Shown: positions 1 to 12,251 of the stretch, one piece after another
Layout of the letters: each line of letters starts with the position of its first letter
Numbering within the stretch: position 1 is the first letter of the stretch
Assembly: GCA_009602725.1 (NCBI GenBank)
Contig: WELB01000020.1
Coordinates: forward strand, 949,158 to 1,002,203
Length of the DNA stretch: 53,046 nucleotides
Reading direction: 5' to 3'
From: Spirogloea muscicola
Taxonomy: Eukaryota
The notes under the pieces: generated by a model
Told to the model about the DNA's origin: nothing
What the model saw: the letters and a program-made list of their open reading frames with translations, nothing else
Databases searched by the model: none
Position numbers and translations under genes: made by a program

Positions 1-123
<123 letters not shown>

Positions 124-1870
124 CTCCGAGCGCCGGGCTGCGCGGCCAGGCGGTAGGCGGTCGCCGCGGCGGGAGCTGCCGGCAGACGGCGAGTCGCTGC
201 AGTCCCGGCGGGCGCGGTACGGCCGCAGCGTCGCCATCGCCATCGCCGCCGCTGCCGCCGAGAGGTGCGGCACCGTCAGCTACTAAACGGAATAAGTGTT
301 TGGGCCGTCTCCTCCTCCTCTTCTGACTGCCACCTTCTGAGCCTCAGGAAGTCGGGAAAGGCGCGGCCGCCGCCGCCGCCGCCGCCCAGAACCAGTCTGG
401 CCGCCGTCGCGCGCCAAGTGCTGGCGGACAGCGACGCCGTGGAGGTCGGCGTCCGCATTCTCCTCCGCCACGTCCCAGTCGTTGCCTGCAGGTTAGCACC
501 ACTGGGCGCGCCCACAGGCCATGCTGCCGGCTGCTTGAGCGTCATAAGCTGCACCAATTAGCAAGAATCCTATGTCAACTCCTGCTCACATTGTACCAGA
601 ATAAGAGTTTTTGCTGACTGAATGAACAATTAACTGCTTTGGCTGACTGGGTTGTGTGCGGCTGCGCACAGAGCCTGCTCGGCAGTACACATCGGCGCAG
701 CTGGCCACCGCATCCCCGACTGCTCTGGTGCAGCCTCGGAGAAGCGGCATGGGGGCCATGCGTGGATGATCGGCACGCCGCTCGACGTGCTCCCCTGGCC
801 CGAGGCGTACCACCTGCTCGACCCCCTCGCGCCGCCGCTTAGCCACGACCGGCGCTTCGACGCTGACCGCCTGCCCGCCATCGTCGAGCTCTGCATCCAG
901 GTACACTGCTTGGGCACTCCGCCTTACAGATTCAGACCTTACAATTTACTGCAGAAGTACTGCTTACTCTGCTTAGTAGTCACGAGTGACGTCGAGTTGA
1001 GGCCGGCCTCGCTGTAACGCAGGCTGGCGCTGACGTCTCAGGGTACCCCACGGTGAGGCAGGACGACTGCGCACGTGCCGCCGCTGGACGTAGTCCGCAT
1101 GCAAGTGCTGGCATGGGCCGCTCTGAGCACGACACCACGCCTGCGAGAAGAAGTGGCTGGATACAGTTGACAGGTTGCCAGCACGCAGCCGAGCTTGTCC
1201 TGGAGTCCAGGGGCCTTGCCACTGCCAGTAGCAAGGAGGCAGTGGCTGCTGTGGCAGAGCAAGTGCTGGAGGCATGGGAGCAAATGCGAGCGGGCGTGGC
1301 AATGCTCCTAGGCGTCGACAGGGCGCAGACGTGTGGCTACTGCCCCGAGGTCCACATTGGTCGGCGAGGTCACCAGGTTCGGCTCAACTGACTCTGATTC
1401 ACAACCCATTAGTGTTCAACCTAGCTCACGATTGCACTCCTGGCAGGTACAAGCTGTCGTAGGGCTGCCTACGCTCTTGCGGTGCTGCCAACGTGTTTAC
1501 CTGTTCAAGCGCTGCTCGCAGTGCCAATGATGCGAACAGTGAAATATGTTGAGCCAATCTGAAACCCTAACCTCCGGACTCTGTTATTGGGCAGGTGCGT
1601 TCGTGCTGGGGTTCCAAGCAACAGCGGCGCCAGGGGCGGCATGGCTGGCAGCCCGCTGATGTGGACGATCTTGTGCCGCGGAAGATCGTGTGGAGAGGGG
1701 CGCCGCCAGGGATGGCAGCTTGGTCTGCGTTGGCGCCTTTTCTAGGCACAGCGCCTGCAGTGGTGGAGCTGTGCGTGCAGGCCGGTGCGGCACCTCCAGC
1801 AGCGTTTGCTGCAGCCATGCAGCTCGATGTTGTGCTGCCGGATGTCAAAGAGGCCGCATGGGTCGTGTAA
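124..1870 (+). CDS. APO-domain (accumulation of photosystem one) organellar RNA-binding protein, 5' partial, multi-exon
   Basis: Spliced exons (~348-491, 672-900, 1023-1376, 1595-1870) give two APO zinc-binding repeats: C..C..VHIG..GH....C...KRHGGHAW...PAIVELCIQAGA and CGYCPEVHIGRRGHQVRSC...RHGWQPA.VDDLVP...PAVVELCVQAGA. Stop TAA at 1868-1870. Confidence 0.9.
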
Positions 1871-2848
1871 ACGCGGAGGGGTCTGCCGCCGGCGTCTATT
1901 GCACTCCACCTGCTCCTTTGCTTGTGTTCTCCCAAGGTGAGCTTTGCTTGATCGTCTGAAAATGATTGTCTCGGCTCTCTATGCTGGTAGAGTAAGGCCT
2001 GCATCCGTTCGAAGGCCTCAATAGTTGCGGCTTCGGTGTCCTGGCAAAGCGCTAGATGTGGCAGTTGCAGCCGCTCATAGCGGGCAGGGTGGCTCGCTCA
2101 GTGGTGCTTGGTTGACAGGTCACGACGCGTCTGGAAGCATAGAGATAAAGATATTCATGCTTATACAATGCAGAGCCTTAAGAGGAACTAGACAGGCCGA
2201 GGCCGTCTGCGGAGCTGGTGGCCCTCAGCCGTCAGAGTACAGATTTGTCTGAGGACTGCAGTGGTCAAAACTGGGCCGAGGCAGAGCTGTCGAAGCACCG
2301 GCGCTGGCACTTGTCCCCCATGGCCAACGGCTTCCTTGTTACAGTAGGAAGCTGCCTGGCGTCGGACCGTGGGGTTCGGGTTGGAGGACGGAGGACAACC
2401 CGCTACCTGGCAGGTTCCAGGAGCTTTAGGGGCTGCCAACAGTGCTGAGTACGTGGTGCGGTGGCTGTGAAAGGCCACAAAGGCTTCTGTAATCTTGGAC
2501 TGGTTACAGGGTCTGGATCTTTCAGGCCTCAAAGTCACTTGGAAATTGAAGGCCTCGGAGACTCGAAGCCTCGTGTGTCGCGGAGAAGGTGGTGATGAAT
2601 ACGTGAACAGCTTGTCCAATCTCCTTTGCTTTCTCCAATGTAAGGCAGTGCCTGTGAGACGCCAGCGTGGAGGAAAGTACAAGGTCTGGAAGGCACAGAC
2701 ACCACGGAGATGGTGTGGTGACAACAGCTGGCAGCCCGGATCGTTTGGAAAGCGGTGATGAGCAGGTGGGCGCCCCAGCTCGCCGCCGGCAGCCCATCCG
2801 CTTACCAGCCCCTTCGCATTCTGAGGGCCCAGACGGTAAGTTGCCGCC

Positions 2849-5602
2849 ATGGCGGCCGCCGCGCCCGCGGCGGCGGCGCCGGCGGCGGCGTCGGCGNGGC
2901 CGCCCAGGTGGTGATTAACCGGCAGCATAGGCGCCAAGTGCTGCTGCTGCTGCTGTGGCGGCGGCAGCTGCGGTGGCGGCGGCGACGGCGTCGGCGGCGG
3001 CGGTGGCCTCCCGCGGCCGCCGCTGCGTGTGCACGCGCCCGGCCAGAGGGTCGTCGCAAGTGCGCCTCTGCGCTCAGCCTTGGCTGCCACCGCCGCTGGC
3101 TACGCCGCTCGGCGTGATCGCCGCCGCCGCAATGTAGGGCCGCGGCTCGCGTGGGCGCCGCAGCCGCCGGTTCTCACGGCGGCGGCTTTGCGACGGCGAT
3201 GGCAGTCGGCGATCTCCACGGCGACTGGCGGCAGGCGCGGGCGGCTCTCCAGCTGGCCGACGTGCTGGGCCCGGGCGACCGCTGGACCGGCGGCTCATCG
3301 GTGTGACCGATACATCCATTGTAGAAGCACTGACCATGTAACATTCATATGTGGCTAATTTATATGTATATACTTAATGTATTCGGCCCTTAGCGCCAGC
3401 CCAGATCACAAGTCTTAGCTGCAATACTGGCCAGCCGCTTTGCCCATGGCATGGAATCTCGCTGCCTGACTGCGTGGCTAAACCCTTCTAAAAACCCACG
3501 GCGCCCACATGCAGATAGTGGTGCAGCTGGGCGACGTCCTGGACCGTGGTGACGACGAGATTGCCATCCTGTCGCTGCTGCACCACCTCGACTTCGAGGC
3601 GCGGCAGCAGGGCGGCGCCGTCTACCTGGTCTGGCTCTGCGGCCGCCTTGCCGGGCCCTGAGAGGCGTGGTGACGCCATTGTCCCTCTTCCTGAGTCCAC
3701 GGCAAACCCATCTGAACGGCCTCATGGGCGCCCAATTGAGCGTCGGCGATGCCCAGGCGCTCGCAGGTGAACGGCAACCACGAGACGATGAATGTTGGCG
3801 AGGACTTCCGCTACGTCACCGCCGGCGGCCTTGCCGAGGCAGAGGACTTCGTGCGCCACTGCACTGACGAGCACTGCGGCAACTGGGGCCAGGCCTTTGC
3901 GAGCTGGCGGACGCGCTCGCAGCAGCGCAAGCTGGCCGGCCGTGGCGGCCAGGCCGCTGGCTGGGGGCCTCTCATATGGAACCCCCTCCAGGCAGGCAGC
4001 AGCAAACCCCTCCTCCTTGCAATGCTCGGTGCTTCTCAGATGCGATTGCCTCGTTTCTCAGAGACGATGGCCCACATGGTCGCCTGCAAGCGTTGACTTG
4101 CCAATGCACATGGATCTCATCTAAGCAATGCAGTGCAGCCGGTGGTTGTGCTTGCAGATGCAGAGGCGGATGAAGGCGCGCGCGCAGCTCTTTTGCCCCG
4201 GCGGCTTCCTCGCCCAGGTGCTCTCACAGCATGGCGTTGTGCTCCATGTCAACGAGACACTCTTTGCGCACGGTGGCATCCTCCCGCACCATGGTGAGAT
4301 CAACAAAGGCACCACAGGCCTTGGGCTTGGCACTATTTCAGCGGTCCCGGCCGGTTCGAATCTCAAGCAGTTCCTCTAGGATAGAATCCTTACTCTCAAG
4401 TCAAGCCATGAAGCAAAGCTTCAAAGCAGCAGTTGTAATTTAAGATGGCTGATTTGATGTTCCTGGCCACAGATGCAATGTGTTATTGTGATTGTAATTG
4501 CTGGCCTGCTGCTGCAGTGGAATACGGGCTCCAGCGCATGAACTTGGAGCTCAGCTTGTGGATGCGGGGGGAGCGGACGGAAAGGGGCGCAGCGGTGCCA
4601 ATGCCATTCATTGCCACGCGGGGGTTTAACAGCGTCGTCTGGTCCCGCCTCTACTCGCGTGAGGAGTATGACACCCTGGATGAGCGCCGCAAGGTGCGCG
4701 CAGGCCCGATGGCTACTGCTGATTGGGGCTCTGCTTGACCAACCTTGGGCAACCTGCAGGCAACCAGGCCTGTCAGTCGCAGTTGTGCATGGCCTGTGAT
4801 CTGAATTCCAGGTCGGAGCTCTCATGAGTTGTTGCTGGCTCTCCGCGTCGAGCTGCAGGCTTGCATGCTTCTGGGAGCTGCTCTGGAGGCTGCAGACGCC
4901 AAGCGCCTGGTCGTTGGGCACACCCCTCAGCTGGCCGGCGCCAATTGGTAAGCCTGCCTCCTCATCTGCCAGTGTGGCACACTGGTCGGGGCTCTCTGCT
5001 GTGTAACCTCTTGCCTTGGCTTTCGTCACGTTGTCCTCTCACTTGGCCCCGTGCTAGTCGACGACAATGTAGTCATTTCACGCAGAAAGTTGTCAACTTA
5101 TTCCATCTATTAGATGCAGAAGTACCAGTTGCTGCTTACTGCTTGGTGCTTGGACCAGACCAGCTGCTGTTCCACTGTCTTCACTTCAAGTTAGAGGTCC
5201 TCCTGTGCTTTCATCTGGCCATCAAAGAAAGGAATTGTGATGTTGTGCTTCACTCATGTGGATACCTGAAAAAATAAATCTGCTGGTGTCATTGGAGCAG
5301 CGAGTGCAGAGGAAAGGTATGGCGCATTGATGTCGGCATGTCCTCTGGCATGCTGAACGCCCCCCCACAGGTGCGTCATTGCAGACACCAACAGCCGTGC
5401 CACATGAGCTTTGCTCTCCTGCCAACAATGTTATGATGCGATATTTGTATTGGCTCTCTCATCTGCAGTTCAGCTAGTCCTTAAGTATTTTGCATCCCTC
5501 TTGCAGGTTATAGAGATATACAAAGGGCAAGTTCGGATTCTTGGCAGCAGTGTCCAACAAGACAAGCTGCCTGAGTACAATCAGAAAGTGCAAGAGAGAT
5601 GA
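2849..5602 (+). CDS. SLP1: Shewanella-like protein phosphatase 1 (PPP-family metallophosphatase), likely plastid-targeted
   Basis: Spliced motifs APGQRVVA|IGDLHGD, VQLGDVLDRG, VNGNHETMNV, LFAHGGILPHH, SVVWSRLYS, RLVVGHTPQ, VWRIDVGMSSG. GT-AG introns (e.g. 3060-3205, 3301-3514). The ATG at 2849 is tentative (ambiguous base at 2897). Confidence 0.92.
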
Positions 5603-6163
5603 TAAGCCCAGCCCTCGTTATCAGACAGCATCAGAGGCATTTGATATCTTTGGAGCATCACTGCTGCTCAACAGGCTCTCAGTGAAATATCAGACATTTT
5701 TTTGACTATGTTTGACATTTAAGAGAAGGTGATAAAAGGTAAGGTCATAGCTTATGAGGCACCTGGGTCGTGTCTCAACCATTCACCGCTGTGAGTATAC
5801 GACTGGCCACAGTGGAGGGCCTTGATTCAAGAGGCTCGGACATCAGGAGCATTCCAAAACTGGCCTACTGTGCCTCTACTGGACAGCTCCGTCAAATTGC
5901 CTGTCAACCTGGTCAAGGCTGAAGCTCAGGTCACTTACCTTAGCAGCGGCTACTTGGATTGCAGAGTGCTTGTCATGCAATTGACCCAGATTGCCTGTAA
6001 CTAACTTGTGTCGACAACAAGCAGCAAGACAGGCACGCAGCAGCCTGACGGACATGGTGCATGAAAGGCAGGCCTCTAAATCCGACCCAAATGATTCTCA
6101 GCACGGTACATCGAGCAGGTTGCTGGCACTCGCAGCTACAGTCAACCTCATAGCCCTTTGCTA

Positions 6164-9100
6164 TCAATCATCGCCTTCGTCCATAGGCCCAGCTCCTTTC
6201 CTTGGACCACCAGCGGGCTTGGCCATGATAATCTGCAGGCAGACCATAAGGATCAACACGCGAGCGGTCAAGTCAATCAAACAGGGAGTTGAGCAGTGCT
6301 TTCAAACAAACAAGTCAGAGAAACGCGCAGGATTTCTGGCAATGAAATTTATGCAGAAGGTCCATGCAGAAAACCTAGCTAGTAACAGCTGATGCATTCA
6401 GGAAGGCATAAGCTGCTGGACAGCTGACCTGGTCAACACGGAGCACTGTGCAGACGGCGTCAGCAGCAAGCTTGACTGCCCAATACCTGTAAAGTACTTG
6501 TAGTGCTATAAGGTTGTGTATCATATATATACTTATATGGAAATGGAGTCGGTGGGAATTGCACATCATGATCATGTGCTGTCCAACTACACTAACGGTA
6601 TTGCAGCAAATGCACAGCTCTGCTCTGATGTCACACTTGGTCAAGTAGAGGTCCCAGATGTTCTCGGTCGTCATGTCCCGGACAGCGCCGCCGTCCACGT
6701 CCAGGCCCGCCTTGCGGTCGCCACTTGCGTGGGCAGCGTACAGCGAGGACAGCATCTCCGTTGAGTTGAGACCCGCATTTTCTGCCAGCGTCCGCGGGAC
6801 GACCTCCAAGCTCTCCCCAAACTTGTTGATAGCAAACTGGTCCAACCTGCCAAAGGTGAACAACAAATTTAGCAATATGCCATCTCGATGAATAGCTGGC
6901 ATTGAGCTGTAAGACTTAGCTCGGTAAAATCTGCTGATCTTGCAGCTTGCATCTGCATGGTATGCACGTTGCCCTCACGACCCTCTAAAGCATTGAGACT
7001 GCTGAATGAGTCTGCCGATCGGAGATGCATACCCAGTCTCTTTCCGTGCAAAGTCCTTGAGCCCTTTGGCAAGCTCAATCTCTGTAGCCCCTGCTCCTGG
7101 CACAAGCCTGCTATCCTTGCACATTGCCTGCGCACGGCACGTCAAAGCAGGATGTGATCAGAATACCCAACACCCCGGCTATCAAGCAAAGGCAATGTCG
7201 CCAGCGGACCAGCATTCTTGACCAAACACAGACTGGAGTGTCCACCTTGTAGCTATTAACGCCCCCATCGATGGCGCGCTCAATGTCGTCGAGCACGCTG
7301 TCCGTGCTTCCTCTCACCACAATTGTTGACACCAGATTGCCACCAGACTCGTTCTTCACAACCACAACCTGTACGTGGCAGGCCCTCAACTAGATGAGAG
7401 CGTGCTGAATGCATGTATATGCAGCAAGCCACCCCAGATGATTGGTCACTGCTCATGGAGCTTTGAAAAGGCACCCCAAAGACAACGCAAAAGTGTTAAT
7501 GATGGAACAGACACTCAGAGCATCATAGCCAAAATCACATCCACGACTCATTAATGGAATGATGGATAGATTAAAAGAACCTTCGTGCCTCCAATCTCTT
7601 CCACTGCAATGGAGTCAGCATGCCCGAGCTCGTCTGCGCTCGGCCGCCCAAGCTTGACCTGTGACCATCGTAGGAGCAGTAAGCCTGCGAGCCAACTGGA
7701 CGCAGCAAAAGCTGCAACCGCAATGATGGTTACAAGGCCCTCAAGAAGCATCAGAATTTCCACGACTACTGGAAGTCCGTTGCTTCTTGTCCTCACCAGC
7801 GAGACAGAGCCGGTTGTCCGGCAGAACCTCCGGAGCTCAAATTTGGACGAGATCTTCAACACCATCAGCCTGGCAAGCTCCATTAGGGTTCTTGTAAGCA
7901 ACTTGACAAAGTGCTGGCAAGCTCCTAACCCCAATCCTTGAGATGAAGTGTACTCTCACATCAGTGGTGAAAGCCCTGTGTTATCTGGACCATCTCTATC
8001 CAGGGCCCAGAAGAGTTCAGTAATGCCAACAGCAAAGCTACAGAAGCTGCTGTACTTGTAGCGCTCGCAGAAGTGCAGCGCCATCTCGCCCACGCTGCTG
8101 CCACTGACGATGACTGTGGCGCCCGACTCCGCCACCTCGCGGATCAGTTGCTCCACTTTAGCCTCTTCAGTCTTGGCGTACCCCTCGAGCTGCGCAGCTG
8201 ACTCGATGAGCACTGTGCCTTTGGTTTCGGTAGCCGCAGTGTCAACGCCCCCGCCAAACACAGCCACCTGGGCCAGGTACACCATGGGCATGCGCGTCAA
8301 GCTCGTGTCTCCATATATATAATCACATTTACATATATATCATACAAACATATACTTGAATACATAAGTAGTAAGCAGCTGAAGCCACCAGACGTCCAAA
8401 GTTGTTCATGGTCTCAAGGCCACTATAGCACTGACATGCCAGTCGAGCCGGCCCCACCTTGGCCTTGGTGGCGCGCTTGATGGTGCCGGCGGCGTCCGAC
8501 TTGAGCACAAGTCCCCGTATGACGGAGCAATCGTGCACGCCACCGCCAACCAGCTTGGCCACGCGCACGTTGTCCACATTGAAGTTGGCCGGATTCTTTG
8601 GGCACACCTGGATGCAGGCCTGCGCACGTTATCAACATCTTGATCAGCTTGGCGGCTCTGAGGGCTGCTCCGCCATGCGGCCTCTGGCAATATCCATGGC
8701 TGCATGAGAGGTCCGCCGGCTAAGTGGTTGGACACTCACGTCAGCGATGAGCGGGCACAGAATGCCCTCCTGGCCAAACTGCTTGCTGGCGACGGTGGCG
8801 AGCATGCGCCTCGTCACCTCGTCGACATTTCGCACATCGATCGTGTCTGACTCGGGCTCCACCGCCAGCTCCAGGAGCTCCAGGGCCTGCACCAATCCAT
8901 GCGGCAGCCAAAGTGATCTACAGCAGGATCTGCTTATGAAAGTCCAGCAACACGGGCCTGGGAGCCGAGGTTGCAGGAGGAGATGGCTGAGAGATTGGTA
9001 AGTGCATGTGCAAGCTCGTGACGCGTGCTCTGCAGGGGGAGGACCTTGGCAGCGGCCTTCCCATAGCCAGCAATGATCTCAGACGGGTGCAGGCCGGCGC

Positions 9101-9732
9101 GGATGAGGTCGTCAGCGCCCTGCAGCAGCTCGCCGGCGAGCGTGACGACGAGGTTGGTGCCGTCCCCGACCTCCTGCTGCTGCGCCTTGCCTGCCATGAC
9201 CAGCAGGCGCGCCGCCGGGTGCTGCACCTCCAGCTCGCCCACGATCGTCGCTGCGTCGCTCGTCACGAACAGCTTGTCCAGGTGGTTGATGATCATCTTG
9301 TTCATGCCTGCCGCAGGGCGCGCATGCATGCACAGCGCCGTCAGCCAGCCACCTTCCAGCGCTGGCAGTCTCTTACCAACGACACAGTCAAAAGTCTGAG
9401 CTGTGAGTTTTCTTATTAGTCTGATCCAAAGATATTGACATTGTCTACGTGGGCATGCAGGAAGTATGCGGCTGCTGATAATACGAGCGGCTGTGAAAGC
9501 CAGCCAGGTGCATGCAGAAGGATGCCCATGGCCATATTAGTGGGAGGGAAGGTGAAGAGGAGGGAGGGAGGGGCTTGCCATTGGGCCCGAGGGAGGTGCG
9601 GGTGATCTGGGAGAGCTGCTTGCAGGCCTCGATGTTCTTGAGCACCGCCTCGTCGAGGCCCGACAGGTGCTTGTGGCCCTCCTTGAGCATCGCCTGGATG
9701 CCATACCCCCCGCCGCCGAACGCCATCGTCAT
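6164..9732 (-). CDS. CCT8: T-complex protein 1 subunit theta (cytosolic chaperonin)
   Basis: MLKEGHKHLSGLDEAVLKNIEACKQLSQITRTSLGPNGMNKMIINHLDKLFVTSDAATI...EVGDGTNLVV...CPKNPANFNVDNVRVAK...ETKGTVLI...SSKFELRRFCRTTG...VLRVDQIIMAKPAGGP. Stop TGA at 6164-6166. Confidence 0.97.
9465..9545 (-). mobile_element. short 3'-UTR fragment of the RLE non-LTR retroelement family, inside CCT8 intron 1
   Basis: gcggctgctga...gagcggctgtgaaagccagccaggtgcatgcaga matches 21228-21290 and 41463-41525, and is the reverse complement of the element tail at 42720-42790. Confidence 0.7.
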
Positions 9733-10384
9733 GGCCCCCGGCCTTCGCGCCGCCCCGCCAGCCGCGCCTTCAGCGGCGGCAGGGCTCACGGCGCCGCGTC
9801 GTCGATCCCAGCCTGCTAAGCAGGCCACCGTCCGCCGGCCCCTTCAGTGACAGCAGCACGGCCTCGACTCCGGCAACGAGCTGCGCTCGCCGCCGCCGCC
9901 GCGCCACTGCCGTCGCCGCTGCCCCTGCGCCGCCCGATTCTCCCGCCTCCCTCGCCCTCCCGGCCGCCCCGTCTGACGCGCCTCGTCCGCCGCGTCCCGG
10001 AGCCGGCTCGCAACTCAGCCTCCTCCCTCGGCTCCTCTCCGCAGTGCCACAGGCTCCCGGCGAGGCGAGGCCTCTCTGGCGCGGACGAGCTCCGCCGCGA
10101 CGCCGGCTGCTGAGCGCCAAGCCGCGCGCGGCGGCGGCGGCGGCGGCGGCGCGGGGGGGGGGCAGGCAGTGCAAGCTTCTGGCCGAGCTCCAAACCCCGA
10201 AAACCCTGTTCTTCTTTCTCCCGCCCGCTCTAAACCTCTGCCAACGGAGTGCCAAACAGGATGATAGTACGTATCAACAGCGTTCCTAAAACGTGCTAAC
10301 AGTGTACCAACTGCGTACCAACCGAAGCCCGAACGCCCTTGGCAGACCAGGACCAGCCTTCCAGAACCCCCCACACCTCCCACG

Positions 10385-11722
10385 ATGGCGGCCATGGCGG
10401 CGGCCGCGCCCGCAGGCCCGGCCCGCGCGGCGGCNGCCCCGCCGTCGTCTGTCCGCGGGCGCTGGACCTCGACCAGGACACGGTGACGGGCCGAGATCCG
10501 CGGCCGCCGCCGCGGCGCCGCGGCCGTCCCGGCCGCGTTGTCGGCCCCCTGCTGACAAGCTCCGCTGCTCCTGGTCGCAGCTGGTGGCCATCGGCGTGGC
10601 CTTCGTCGGCATCGCCGTCGGCATCGCCGTGCCCGTCTTCTACGAGACGCAGGTCAAGGGCGCGGTGAGCTACGCTCAGACGCCTTGCTTCTGCGCTCCG
10701 TCGGCCGCCTTCTTGGCCATGTCCACCGATGGGACCAGCTGGTGGCACATGGGCTCCGACGGTCCCGCAAGCGACGTCCGATCAATGGCCGTACCATTTC
10801 TCGCCGTCGTCGGCCGTCGTTAGCTCATTAGCCTTAAGTCCCACTGGAGCTGGTCAGCCGCACTCTCGCGGCCTTCATGCCACCGCCTCTCCGTCTGAGC
10901 GCGGCTTCTTATGCGCAGCGGGGCTTGCACTGAGAGCAGGATGTTGGGCACTGCCTCAGCCAGTCGCCACCAGCTGTCACTTGACTACGTGCAATGCTGA
11001 CATTATCTTGGCTTGCTCCACAGGAGACGAGGGAGAATGACCAGCCCTGCTTCCCTTGCAAGGGCACTGGGGCTCGTAAGTCATTCTCTTGGTCATTCTC
11101 GGTCTTCCTTTAGGACTGGGACACTGTCCTTAGCCACCCCGGCAATGGATGCTTCTAACGTCCTCGCCGTGCACTAGTGCACTTGTACCTCGATAAGGAC
11201 TCGGTTGCCTGGTCATGCTCAAAGGTTTCTGCTTGCAGAGACCTGCCGCTTCTGCTTAGGGAAGGGCAGCATTACGGTCGACCTTGGAGATGTCGAGAAG
11301 GAGACATCCCAGTGTGTCAACTGCGAGGGTGTCGGCAGCATTACTTGCACGACCTGCCAAGGCTCTGGCATGCAGCCCCGCTACTTGGACCGCAGGTGCT
11401 TATACTTCTTCGTATATGTTGGATTCACTTGTGGCAGAATATGGGACCTGCTTAGCACGTGAAATTTTCTCAGAGATGGCAGTCAGCCTGTGCTACGACC
11501 AGTCAAGTGGTACCAGGTCAAAGCGGTCAAGAGATGAGCTTGTACTAGACCTTCTACTTGCCTCGTCAGCCAATGCCAGCTAGCATGGCCAAGTCCATGG
11601 TCCTCAAGCTGTTGGACAAGTCACCTACCAAGAGGTCTGCCGTGTCTCCCTGGCCAATCTAAGGAGGGCCCTCATGACACACTTGTCCTCCACCATGCAG
11701 AGAATTCAAGGACGACGACTAG
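10385..11722 (+). CDS. LQY1: LQY1-like thylakoid DnaJ-type zinc-finger protein
   Basis: ALDLDQDT|LVAIGVAFVGIAVGIAVPVFYETQVKGA|ETRENDQPCFPCKGTGA|QTCRFCLGKG...CVNCEGVGSITCTTCQGSGMQPRYLDR|REFKDDD*. Four CxxCxGxG motifs and the characteristic C-terminus. Confidence 0.93.
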
Positions 11723-12251
11723 GTGCTCCTTACCACCTGATGCAGTCAGAGGTCAGCCAGTCAAGCCGCCACACACCTCATCATGATGCAGATATAGAAC
11801 AAGATTGACAGCTCTATCTTGTATTGCAGCATCGCGACAGCTTAAACAGCAGTCAAGCCTTGGATTGCTGGGAGAATCTCAATGTGCTTATCTGAGGCAG
11901 TGACTCTGATGAATGCAGGCATCTTTGTTGTTAGGAGCAGATGAGCTTGCTGGACTGGAGTTACTGCTACAGCAATTTTAGCTTGCAGGAGAAAGTACGT
12001 AGGAGAAGGGGTGGCTGCAGGTAGTTAGGCCTCTGATACTATGCATTGGTAGCAGGCCATGGCCTCCAAGCAATCGCCGAATTTTTGATCATGTTATCCA
12101 TTCAAAAAAGCAGCAGCTTACAAGCAAGCACTGCTGCACACTTTCAGCCTTCAGCCTTCTCATGCCCGTTCATGTTCAGGCTTGGCAAATGGTGGGCTTT
12201 ATATCAACATAAAGCTAAGTGCTTTCTAAGGCAGGGGATTACGATCGACGT

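Noticed and set aside
2188..3090. 300-aa minus-strand ORF
   Set aside because: No recognisable domain. It overlaps the GC-rich 5' end of SLP1 on the other strand and spans an ambiguous base.
4349..4358. GTTCGAATC B-box-like motif (tRNA/SINE?)
   Set aside because: No A-box or cloverleaf can be formed; lies in an SLP1 intron.
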